Below, in pieces: positions 20,002-28,684 of a DNA stretch of 64,000 nucleotides; positions within the stretch are counted from its first letter, which is position 1, and each line of letters starts with the position of its first letter. This DNA is from Thermoanaerobaculia bacterium (GTDB lineage: Bacteria; Acidobacteriota; Thermoanaerobaculia; UBA5066). Position numbers and translations under genes: made by a program. The notes beneath the pieces are model-generated. The model made no database searches, was not told the DNA's origin, and saw only the letters and a program-made list of their open reading frames with translations. The stretch lies in the NCBI GenBank assembly GCA_963816185.1, contig CAWFJJ010000001.1, positions 352,001 through 416,000 on the forward strand, in the 5' to 3' direction.

Positions 20002-20053
20002 GGGTCGATCGTAGCAAGGCGCGGAATTCTCGCCGTGAGTAGAATCACGGAAC

Positions 20054-20857
20054 GTGACGGAATCCCCGTATCAATACACGGGCGATCTCGCGGAAGAGCC
20101 GCTCCCGGAGATTCTCCGAACGATTCACCATCACCGCGCCCCAGGGGTCGTCACCGCGACGTCGGGCGACGTGGTCAAGAAGATCTATCTCATGGGCGGG
20201 AACGTGATCTTCGCGACGTCGTCGGATCTTCATGATTCGCTGGGCGCGTACCTGAAGAAGAGCGCGATCATCTCGTCCGGTGAATTGCGCGTGTCCACGA
20301 GCCGGATCGATGCCTCGCAGGGCAAGCGCCATGGCGAGCTTCTCGTCGAGATGGGCGTTCTCACGCCGGACCAGCTTCGCCAGATCGTCACCGAGCAGGT
20401 GAAGGCCATTCTCCATTCGATCTTCTCGTGGGAGAAAGGTACGGTGACCTTCGAGGTGGGGAGATTCCGGACGGACGAGCTCATCCAGCTCGACGTGTCG
20501 ACGCCGCAGGCCATTGCCGACGGCATCCGGCTGTTGCCCGATCCGAGGCGCCTGGTCCTGCGTCTCGGGCCCTCCTGGACGATCTTCGAGCGGGGCGACG
20601 TGGAGCCCGAGGCCTCCGGCGTCTCCTGGAGCGAGGGCGAGCTTAAGCTCCTTTCGCGCGTGGACGGGCGCCGCAGCCTCCGCGACCTCATCACGTCCGG
20701 ACCCGGCGACGTTTCGACGAACGCGAAGCTTCTCTATGCGTTCTGGGTCCTGCACCTCGTGACGCGCCGCGACGTCCTGACGAGCGGAATCAAGAAGATC
20801 CAGTGGAAGACTCGCTCCGGCAACTTTCCCGCGGCCGGCGGCGGCGCCGCGAGCTGA
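20054..20857 (+). CDS. DUF4388 domain protein
   Basis: GDLAEEPLPEIL...IYLMGGNVIFA...GELLVEMG...FSWEKGTVTF pattern. Confidence 0.75.
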   Translation: MTESPYQYTGDLAEEPLPEILRTIHHHRAPGVVTATSGDVVKKIYLMGGNVIFATSSDLHDSLGAYLKKSAIISSGELRVSTSRIDASQGKRHGELLVEMGVLTPDQLRQIVTEQVKAILHSIFSWEKGTVTFEVGRFRTDELIQLDVSTPQAIADGIRLLPDPRRLVLRLGPSWTIFERGDVEPEASGVSWSEGELKLLSRVDGRRSLRDLITSGPGDVSTNAKLLYAFWVLHLVTRRDVLTSGIKKIQWKTRSGNFPAAGGGAAS

Positions 20858-20862
20858 CGGAC

Positions 20863-21294
20863 ATGGCCCTTTACGAGTACCAGTGCAGGAGGTGCGGGCG
20901 GAAGACGGAGGTCATCCAGCGTTTCTCCGATCCCGCGCCTGAGAAATGCCCTGTTTGCGGCGGCACCCTGGTGAAGCTCCTCTCGTCTCCGGCGTTCCAG
21001 TTCAAGGGCTCGGGCTTCTATTCGACGGACTACGGAAAACCCGGGAGGAAGGCGGAGGATTCGGCGAGGGAGAAAGAGGGAGATTCCTCGAAAGGGAAAG
21101 AGGCGGAGGCCTCGGAGCCGGAGCCGAAGCGAAGGGCGACCCGGCCGGGGGATCTTCGAAAGAGAAGAAGGACTCGAAGGATTCTTCGAAGGAGAAGAGA
21201 GACTCCGGGCCGGGCACGGCGTCTTCAAAGGAGCGGGTGCGAAGGCCTCTCCGAGTCGTCTTCACCTTCTAAGAAAAACACCAAGAGGAAATAG
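20863..21294 (+). CDS. FmdB-family zinc-ribbon protein with a low-complexity tail
   Basis: MALYEYQCRRCG...CPVCGG...FKGSGFYSTDY. The tail may contain compensating indels. Confidence 0.85.
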   Translation: MALYEYQCRRCGRKTEVIQRFSDPAPEKCPVCGGTLVKLLSSPAFQFKGSGFYSTDYGKPGRKAEDSAREKEGDSSKGKEAEASEPEPKRRATRPGDLRKRRRTRRILRRRRETPGRARRLQRSGCEGLSESSSPSKKNTKRK

Positions 21295-21352
21295 CGAGCC
21301 GGTCACCGGATTCGATGTGGGTCCTCGGACTGCTAACCCGCTAAACTTACGC

Positions 21353-23143
21353 ATGCGCTTCCGGCTCACAGGTCTTCTGTGCGCGCTTCTCGTGTCGCTT
21401 CCCCTCGAGGCCGCGCCCCCGCGCGGCACGCCGGGCGCGTGGTATCGATATCCGCTTCCGGGAGCGGAGGTGAAGTCGCTCGCCGCGGACCCGGCCCTGC
21501 CGGGCGTCTTCTGGGCGGGCACGGCGCAGGGCGGCATCTACCGTTCCGGTGACGGCGGCGTTTCGTGGACCTCGCCTCCGGGGGGTGCCCCGTTTCCGGG
21601 CTACGCGGTGACCTCGCTCGCAGTCGATCCCGCGCATCCCGGCGCGGTCTGGGCCGGTCTTACGGGCGTCGTCAAGGGCGGCCTCCTCGCCCGCTCGACG
21701 GACCTCGGACGCTCGTTTCAGGTCGTCAGGCGCTGGGAGGACCGGGCGGGTGCGCGCGTGGTCGCCGTGATGTCGCGGTCGGGCCGGACGACGATCGGCG
21801 TCGGCGGCGATTGGGACCTCGAAATCTCGGAAGACGACGGGATGACGTGGCGCGCGTCCACGCCGCCGCTCGACGCCGGCAGCGGCATCTCGTTCCTGGC
21901 ATTCGACCCCGTCCGGCCGGGCGTTCTCTATTGCGGGTCGTTCCGCCACCCCTTCCGCTCTCTGGACGGCGGCCTCACGTGGGCGCGAATCGCGAACGGG
22001 ATGGTCGAGGACACCGAAGTCTTCGGAATCGAGTTCTCGCCCGACGATCCGAACGACCTCTGGGCAGCGACGTGCGGCTGGGTGTACCGCACGACGGACG
22101 GGGGTGCGAGGTGGACGCGCTATCGCGAGGGGCTCACGGACCGGCGCACGCTCGTCGTGCGGGTGGACCCGCGAGACCCGAATCGGATCCTCGCGGGCAC
22201 GACGGGCGGCCTCTTCGAGAGCCGCGACCGGGGCAAGAGCTTCCGGCGCATCTCGGCGGACCTCGTCGTCACCGCGCTCGTCTTCGATCCGCACGATCCT
22301 TCGCGCCTCCTCGTCGGAACCGAAGCGGACGGAATCTTCAGGTCCGAAGACGGCGGCCTGACGCTCACGGAGTCGAACCGCGGCCTTTCGGAAGCGCGCG
22401 TCTCGGCCGTCGCCGTGCTTCCGTCGGGCCGCGTCGTCGTCGCGCGCGCCGCGGACGGGAAGAGCGGCGGCCTGTGGAGCGTCGACGCGACGACGGGCGA
22501 CGTGGAACGCCTCGCGGCGTCTCCTCCCGCGACGGTCCTTTCCCTCACGTGCGCGGGCGTCGCGCTCGTCGCCGGCGCGCCCGACGGGATCTATCGCGCC
22601 GCGCGCGTGGGCGCTCCCTTCACGAAGGTGCTCGGCGCCGGTACGCGCGCGTTCGCGTCGGACGGCGGGGGGCGAGTCCTCGCGGCGACGGACGAGGGCG
22701 TTTTCGAGTCGATGAACGGCGGGAGCACGTGGCGGCGCCTCGGCACCTTGAAATCGCGAGTCGAAGATATCCGCCGCGCCCGCCTTCCCCAGAGCGGTCT
22801 GAAGACATGGTCGGCCGACGCGGAAGGCCTCACGCTCTGGTGGGACGGCGCAGACTGGGTCCGGCGGCCGCTTCCGGGCAGCGGCAGGATTCTCTGGGGC
22901 GGCTTCGGGCGCCCGCGCGCGCCCCTCCATTTCGTCCCCGAGCCCATCGGCGTCGCGCTCTCGACCGAGCACCCGGTCCTTTTTTTCCGGCCCGAAGACG
23001 ATGCCGGCGAGAACCTCGCGGTCACGCTGCCCGAGACCGGTCTCGTCGTCGCGGGCTGGGCCGGAGACCCGCGCGAAAAGAGCGGCCTTTACCTCGCGAC
23101 GATCGGCCGCGGCCTTTTCCGATTCGTCCCGAACGGGCTTTAG
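21353..23143 (+). CDS. Exported BNR/Asp-box (VPS10/Ycf48-like) beta-propeller protein
   Basis: Signal peptide and many S/T-x-D-G-G-x-(S/T)-W Asp-box repeats. Confidence 0.8.
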   Translation: MRFRLTGLLCALLVSLPLEAAPPRGTPGAWYRYPLPGAEVKSLAADPALPGVFWAGTAQGGIYRSGDGGVSWTSPPGGAPFPGYAVTSLAVDPAHPGAVWAGLTGVVKGGLLARSTDLGRSFQVVRRWEDRAGARVVAVMSRSGRTTIGVGGDWDLEISEDDGMTWRASTPPLDAGSGISFLAFDPVRPGVLYCGSFRHPFRSLDGGLTWARIANGMVEDTEVFGIEFSPDDPNDLWAATCGWVYRTTDGGARWTRYREGLTDRRTLVVRVDPRDPNRILAGTTGGLFESRDRGKSFRRISADLVVTALVFDPHDPSRLLVGTEADGIFRSEDGGLTLTESNRGLSEARVSAVAVLPSGRVVVARAADGKSGGLWSVDATTGDVERLAASPPATVLSLTCAGVALVAGAPDGIYRAARVGAPFTKVLGAGTRAFASDGGGRVLAATDEGVFESMNGGSTWRRLGTLKSRVEDIRRARLPQSGLKTWSADAEGLTLWWDGADWVRRPLPGSGRILWGGFGRPRAPLHFVPEPIGVALSTEHPVLFFRPEDDAGENLAVTLPETGLVVAGWAGDPREKSGLYLATIGRGLFRFVPNGL

Positions 23144-23189
23144 TCGACGTACGCAAATCGATCTCGTCCAGGTCGAAGCAAGACTCCGA

Positions 23190-24032
23190 ATGCCGAAGAC
23201 TCGCGCGCTCCTTCTGGCAGCCGCTCTGACGCACGCGGGCGCGGCCAGCGATTCGAGTCCGGTGACCGTCGGGCCGGAGACGGTCGCGGTTCGAAGCGGC
23301 ACGCTCGTTCTTCACGCGCTCCTCTGGCGCCCGCCGGGGCGCGGCCCATTTCCCGCCGTGCTCTTCAATCATGGGAGCGGCAACACCTCCGAGCGGCAAG
23401 CTGCACAGGCCGCGGCGGTCGGCCCGGTCTTTTCGGCCCATGGATACGTCCTCCTCTTCCTCTTTCGCCGCGGGTCCGGGCTTTCCGCGGACCAGGGGAC
23501 GTCGGCCGCCGATCTCCTGGAGAGGGAACTCTCAGCTCACGGGCAGGAAGCGCGAAACGAGCTGCAGCTCCGGTTGCTGGAAGGCGACCAGATGAAGGAC
23601 GCTCTCGCCGGACTGGGGTTTCTGCGCGCGCTCCCCGAGGTTGACGTCCGGCATGTCGCGGTGGCGGGGCAGTCGTTCGGCGCTTCTCTCACGCTCCTCA
23701 TGGCCGAGCGCGACAAAGCGGTTCGCGCTGCCGTCGCCTTCTCGGGCTCGGCCGAAAGCTGGGAGCGCTCGCCGCAATTGCGAACGCGGCTCCTCGCTGC
23801 CGTCGGCCGCACGACGGCACCGATCTTCTTCATTCAGGCGGCGAATGACTACTCGGTCGCTCCGGCGAAGGCTCTGTCCGCGGAGATGGCTCGCCTCGGC
23901 AAGCCACATCGCGTCGCGTTCTACGCGCCGGTCGGGGAGACCGCCGCCGAGGGTCACGATTTCGCTTTCACGAGAGTGAACGCCTGGGAGGCCGACGTCT
24001 TCGCCTTCCTGGAACGGTACGTGCGGCGATAG
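23190..24032 (+). CDS. Alpha/beta hydrolase (dienelactone hydrolase-like)
   Basis: PAVLFNHGSG, nucleophile elbow GQSFG, then D and GH downstream. Confidence 0.8.
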   Translation: MPKTRALLLAAALTHAGAASDSSPVTVGPETVAVRSGTLVLHALLWRPPGRGPFPAVLFNHGSGNTSERQAAQAAAVGPVFSAHGYVLLFLFRRGSGLSADQGTSAADLLERELSAHGQEARNELQLRLLEGDQMKDALAGLGFLRALPEVDVRHVAVAGQSFGASLTLLMAERDKAVRAAVAFSGSAESWERSPQLRTRLLAAVGRTTAPIFFIQAANDYSVAPAKALSAEMARLGKPHRVAFYAPVGETAAEGHDFAFTRVNAWEADVFAFLERYVRR

Positions 24033-24077
24033 CCTGATATCTTCCGGGGGCGGTGTTCCACCGTTTTCGGAGTCGCC

Positions 24078-24632
24078 ATGTCCGAGCTTTCCTACAGCGC
24101 CTCGAACGCACGAGAGCAGGCAAAAGCGTACGTCGCGCCGATCCTGAAGGCCCTCGGGCCGCGAGACGCGATGGAGGTTCTGGCGGAAACTCCCGGGACT
24201 CTCCGCCAGACCGTCTCCGGGCTCACCGCGACGCAGGACGGCACTCCCGAGCGCGCGGGAAAGTGGTCGGTGCGGCAGGTCGTTCAGCACCTGGCCGACT
24301 CCGAGCTCATCGGCGCGTTCCGTTTCCGCATGATCCTCGCGCACGACGCCCCCGAGCTGCCCGGCTACGACCAGGATCTCTGGGCGGCACGACTGCACTA
24401 CGACGAAAGCGACGTCGCGACGTCTCTCGACGACTTCGCCACGCTCCGGCAGGCGAACCTCCGGCTGTTCCAGCGTGCCTCGCCCGCGGAGCTCAAGCGC
24501 GTGATGCATCACGCCGAACGGGGAGACGAATCCCTCGAGCAGACGATCCCGCTTTATGCAGGACACGACATCGTGCATCTCGCGCAGATCCGCCGCATCC
24601 GCGTCGCCATCGGGGCACCCGCTCCCGCCTGA
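24078..24632 (+). CDS. DinB-family protein
   Basis: GKWSVRQVVQHLADSE, LPGYDQD and YAGHDIVHLAQI motifs. Confidence 0.85.
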   Translation: MSELSYSASNAREQAKAYVAPILKALGPRDAMEVLAETPGTLRQTVSGLTATQDGTPERAGKWSVRQVVQHLADSELIGAFRFRMILAHDAPELPGYDQDLWAARLHYDESDVATSLDDFATLRQANLRLFQRASPAELKRVMHHAERGDESLEQTIPLYAGHDIVHLAQIRRIRVAIGAPAPA

Positions 24633-24661
24633 GCGAGCAGGCGGCGAAGACTCGAGAGTTC

Positions 24662-25096
24662 GTGAGCCCTGACGACCACTTCCGAAAGCTCGAGCGGATG
24701 TACGTGACGGCGCCCATCAACGCCTACTTCGCGCCGCGCCTGACAGTCGGGGAAGGGCGCGCGGAAGTCTCGATCCCGGTGCGTCCCGATTTCTTTCACG
24801 CGGCGCACGCCGTCCACGGCTCGGTCTATTTCAAGGCCCTCGACGACGCCGCGTTCTTCGCGGTGAACTCGCTCGTGACGGACGTCTTCGTCCTCACCGT
24901 CACGTACAACGTCTACCTGACGCGGCCGGTGACGGCCGGCGTCTTGACCGCGACTGGCCGCGTCGTGAGCCGGTCCAGGAACCTCTTCATCGCGGAAGCG
25001 GAGCTCGTCGACGATCGGGGCCGGAGCGTCGGGCGCGGGAGCGGCTCGTTCATGCGCAGCGCAATTCCGCTGAACCCCGAGGTCGGCTACGCCTGA
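24662..25096 (+). CDS. PaaI-family (hotdog fold) thioesterase
   Basis: AVHGSVYFKALDDAAFFA motif and typical length. Confidence 0.85.
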   Translation: MSPDDHFRKLERMYVTAPINAYFAPRLTVGEGRAEVSIPVRPDFFHAAHAVHGSVYFKALDDAAFFAVNSLVTDVFVLTVTYNVYLTRPVTAGVLTATGRVVSRSRNLFIAEAELVDDRGRSVGRGSGSFMRSAIPLNPEVGYA

Positions 25097-25114
25097 TCGG
25101 AGCGCGCCTCGGGA

Positions 25115-27928
25115 TCAGGGTGCAGGGATGCTCGCCTCGACGAATGCGCCGTCGCCGCTCCGCTGGCCGGGCTCGGCGCCGTCGTTGAGGACCGCATAGG
25201 CGAGGAAGGGATTGTCCCCTGAGATCCTGGTGACGAGGGCGTAGCCGCTGCTCGTGCCGGGGGCGTAAATCGCGAGGATGCGGTCGATCTGGACGAAGCC
25301 CTTCGCGGGGACGGTCGCCACGAGGGAGCCGGTTTTCGCGCCGGTAGCTCCGTCGAAGAGGTCGATGCGGAAGTTGGAAGACGAGGCATCGGCGGAGCCG
25401 GTATTGACGAGGGCGAGATTGGAGCGCGTCTCGGCATTCTGCTGGAGGCCGAAGAGCCAGGCGGTCGTCGTGGCTTCGGATCCGCTCGGCACCGCGGGCA
25501 GGAAGACGCCGTAGCGACCTCCCGTCGAGGCGGACGTGATGCGCGCCGCGATCGAGACGCCTCGCAGGTCACCGGAGTCGTCCGAAGCGAAGAGGGCGCC
25601 GGCGAACGACTCGCCGGGCGGGTCTATGACGACGTCACGATCGCGCAAGAACTGGACGAAGGCCGGAAGGATCTGCTGCTCGCCGGGGAGGAGAGAGATC
25701 GAGAAGGTCGCCTGTCCTCCCGAAAGAGAAGGAGAAACCCAGGTGAAGCGCAGCGTACGCGGTGAGGAAGAGAAATTCGTGAGGATGAGCTCGGTCGAAT
25801 ACGCCGAGGTTTCGACGAGAGCCGGCAGCGTCATCGAGGTGATCGGCAAGGCCGGGCTCGCCGCGACGGGCCCGACGAAGGAGCCATCGGACGTCGACTG
25901 ATCGTTGACGACGGCGTAGGCATAGAAAGGAGCCGTGCCGGACAGCCGTTCGACCTTCACGTAACCGTTGGAGAGCGAGAGGCCGTTCGAGACGAGGATG
26001 CCGGATATCTGCGCGAAGCCGCCGGGACGGAGCGGGACGTCGGGTAGCGTCTTTGACACGGAATTTGCCGGATCGCCGGAGAAGACGGTCAGGCGCAGCG
26101 TGATATCCCCGTCACCCGAGGAGCCCGCGTTGAGGACGGCGACGTTGGAGCGATCGGTCGAGTTCTGGCGCAGGCCGCAGAGGAAGACGGGGGAAGTCAG
26201 AAGTCTCGACGTCGGGATTCCGGCGTAAGCCAGGCCGGCGCGGCCGTTGGGCACGGCCGTGGTCGTGCGGACGGTGGCAGAGGCGGCGTCGGGGGACGAG
26301 AGGCCCGTGAAGGAGATTTGCAGCGTCCCGCCGCCCCCGGGAGACGTGAGACCGAGGCCCCCGAGGTACGCGATCACGTCGGGGATCACGTGTTGCCGGC
26401 CCGCGGGCAGAGCGTCCGTGGCCGAGCCTGCCGTCCCGCCGAAGGCCGGCGTATAGGCATAGGAGATCTGGGCATCGGTCGTGCCGCGGTTTGTGAGCGT
26501 GAGCTCGGACGTGAAGGCAGACCCGCCGAGACCGGCGGACGAGAGGACGATCGGGACGGTCAGCGTCGAGGTCGGCGCCGCCCCTTCCGCGACGAATTCG
26601 TAGTGTGAGGTTGTCAGCGTGCCGGTGACGTAGAGCCCCGCGTACACGTCTCTCTGCGTGTGGATGTGCGTGGAATCGACGTCGTCGTAGCGCCAGCCGT
26701 TGAAGCTGAAACTTCTGAGGGTCAAGTCCACGGAGAGGAATGGACAAGGTGGAGTCGGAAATTCCGTCGGCGGCTTAACGAGGTCTCCGAAGTCGCCGAC
26801 GCAGACGTCTGCGGCGACTTCATGTGGGGAGTACGCCTTGAGGTAGGAGGTCAGTTGGACGTCGTGAACGCCGCCAGGCAGACCGGCGTCAGTAACCGGC
26901 CGGGCGGACGTCGAAAGGAGAGTTGGGCCCGTTACCGGAACGGCGCGGTGGGCAGCTTCCGCGACGGCCTGTCTCGCGTCTTCGAAGGCCGACTGAACGT
27001 CGCCGTCGGAGTCGGGGGCGATGGTCGCGTTGAGAGTGACGTCGAAGACGAGGGGGCCGCCCGAGAGGCGTCCCGTGATCCGCGTCGACCACGCGTTTGT
27101 GCCGAGCGACAGCGTCGAGTCGTGCAGGACGGTGTGATGCGATGTTGACGTGCACTCGTAGTGGTTGTCGATTCCCTGGGCTCCAAAAATTATTCGCTCG
27201 AACGTGCAAGGCGGGCTCAGCCGGGCAACGACCTCGTAGTGCGACGTCGTGAGATTTCCTGTTACGAGGAGTGTGGAATAGGTGTCGGTCTGCGCGTGCG
27301 CGTGCGTGTCGTCGAGGCGGTCGGCTACCGGCGGAACGACCGAGTTGTCGGCGGCGCGCAGCTCGACCTTCCACGCGCCCGGCCCACAGCCTGGAGCCTC
27401 GGGAAGGGGAGGCGGCGGCTGGGCGAGGTCGCCGAGGTCCCCGACGCAGACGACCCGCGACGTACCCGAAGACGACTCGGAGATCTGCGTGACGAGAATC
27501 GTCGTATTCGCGACATTCGAGACAGGCTCGGACTTCACGGCGGCGATGGAGGACGACACGAGCGCCGGGCTCGACACGTCGTAACCCGTACCCGCCACGC
27601 TCAGCCTCGCGTTCGCGAGGACCGCCTGGACCGCCGGGTCGTCGGGAGGCGTGGACGGCGAGAGAGGTGCCAACAAGGAGTCGACGGTCACGTCGAAGAC
27701 ATCCGGGCTCCCCTCGCGGTGGGCCGTGATCCGCGTGCGCCAGGCGTTGACGGCGAGGTGCGTCCCGTCTACCCCCTTGGCCGTATGGCTCGAGGTCGAC
27801 CGGCAGGAGTATCGGAGTCCGGTGAACGGCGTGTTCGGCTGCTCCGAGCAAGGCGAGAATTGGGCCAGGGCCTGCTCATTCAGGACGCAGAGAGCAGCCC
27901 CCAGAAGCGCGCCGCTCAACCACCGCAT
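25115..27928 (-). CDS. Large secreted protein with two unrecognised N-terminal repeats and two C-terminal modules
   Basis: Signal peptide (…EQALA), internal duplication of an NAWxTRIT...VCVGDxGDL...THxHxQ...TTSHYE unit, and a tandem C-terminal module ending DGAFV. Confidence 0.8.
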   Translation of the reverse strand: MRWLSGALLGAALCVLNEQALAQFSPCSEQPNTPFTGLRYSCRSTSSHTAKGVDGTHLAVNAWRTRITAHREGSPDVFDVTVDSLLAPLSPSTPPDDPAVQAVLANARLSVAGTGYDVSSPALVSSSIAAVKSEPVSNVANTTILVTQISESSSGTSRVVCVGDLGDLAQPPPPLPEAPGCGPGAWKVELRAADNSVVPPVADRLDDTHAHAQTDTYSTLLVTGNLTTSHYEVVARLSPPCTFERIIFGAQGIDNHYECTSTSHHTVLHDSTLSLGTNAWSTRITGRLSGGPLVFDVTLNATIAPDSDGDVQSAFEDARQAVAEAAHRAVPVTGPTLLSTSARPVTDAGLPGGVHDVQLTSYLKAYSPHEVAADVCVGDFGDLVKPPTEFPTPPCPFLSVDLTLRSFSFNGWRYDDVDSTHIHTQRDVYAGLYVTGTLTTSHYEFVAEGAAPTSTLTVPIVLSSAGLGGSAFTSELTLTNRGTTDAQISYAYTPAFGGTAGSATDALPAGRQHVIPDVIAYLGGLGLTSPGGGGTLQISFTGLSSPDAASATVRTTTAVPNGRAGLAYAGIPTSRLLTSPVFLCGLRQNSTDRSNVAVLNAGSSGDGDITLRLTVFSGDPANSVSKTLPDVPLRPGGFAQISGILVSNGLSLSNGYVKVERLSGTAPFYAYAVVNDQSTSDGSFVGPVAASPALPITSMTLPALVETSAYSTELILTNFSSSPRTLRFTWVSPSLSGGQATFSISLLPGEQQILPAFVQFLRDRDVVIDPPGESFAGALFASDDSGDLRGVSIAARITSASTGGRYGVFLPAVPSGSEATTTAWLFGLQQNAETRSNLALVNTGSADASSSNFRIDLFDGATGAKTGSLVATVPAKGFVQIDRILAIYAPGTSSGYALVTRISGDNPFLAYAVLNDGAEPGQRSGDGAFVEASIPAP

Positions 27929-28047
27929 GCTTGAGAGTGAACGCTGGGACGGCGAACTCACGGTCACGGCCTGCGAACCCCGAGGAAACTGGTGCAGATG
28001 CATCACTTCACCGACGCAGGCCAGCTGTCGACCTCTACTCCCTCGGA

Positions 28048-28428
28048 TCAGCGCTTCTTCTTGGAAAGAAACGCGACGCCGGGGAGGCCTTCGAGATCCG
28101 CATCGGTCGTCACGAGCTCGGCGTCATGCGCCCGCGCGGTCGCGTAGACGATTGCGTCCGCCATCGCGAGCGAGTTCTCGAGGCTCGTGTCCGCGGCCTC
28201 GAGAGCGAGAGTCTCGCTCAGGGGCACGACGTTCGTCCGGAGCATCTGGGCGACGGCCAGGAGCGCATCCTCTTCGGACGCGTCGCGCTTGAGAACCTTG
28301 TAGACCTCGTAGATCGCGATCGTCGGCGTCACGATCTCCTCGGGATCGGCCAGCAGGCGGGCCACGCGATCGGCGTGCGGGCCGCCGCGAAAGACCTCGA
28401 GCCAGCCCGACGAGTCGATCAGCCTCAG
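28048..28428 (-). CDS. vapC: PIN-domain VapC toxin
   Basis: N-terminal LIDSSGWLE, IYEV, LAMADAIVYATA and LVTTDAD. Probable CTG start overlapping the antitoxin TGA. Confidence 0.85.
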   Translation of the reverse strand: MRLIDSSGWLEVFRGGPHADRVARLLADPEEIVTPTIAIYEVYKVLKRDASEEDALLAVAQMLRTNVVPLSETLALEAADTSLENSLAMADAIVYATARAHDAELVTTDADLEGLPGVAFLSKKKR

Positions 28429-28634
28429 AAGCGATCCCGCTTCTCGCGGAATCTCGTCGACCGCGTGCTCCGGGCGAAGCCCTTTAGCTCCGAGAGCGGC
28501 CGCTCCGGCACGAGTGAGATGACGCCGCCCTTGCTGACGACCTGGAACGTCTGCCCCTTTCGAAGGCCCGTTTCCTCGCGGATGTCCTTCGGAATCACGA
28601 CCTGGAACTTCGTCGAGACGACGGTGCGAGCCAC
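28425..28634 (-). CDS. AbrB/MazE-family antitoxin
   Basis: VSTKFQVVIPKDIRE motif, directly upstream of the PIN toxin. Confidence 0.85.
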   Translation of the reverse strand: MARTVVSTKFQVVIPKDIREETGLRKGQTFQVVSKGGVISLVPERPLSELKGFARSTRSTRFREKRDRF

Positions 28635-28684
28635 GAGAGGATTGTAATACGTAGTTTGTATCGACTCAAGTTTCGTAGGTTACA

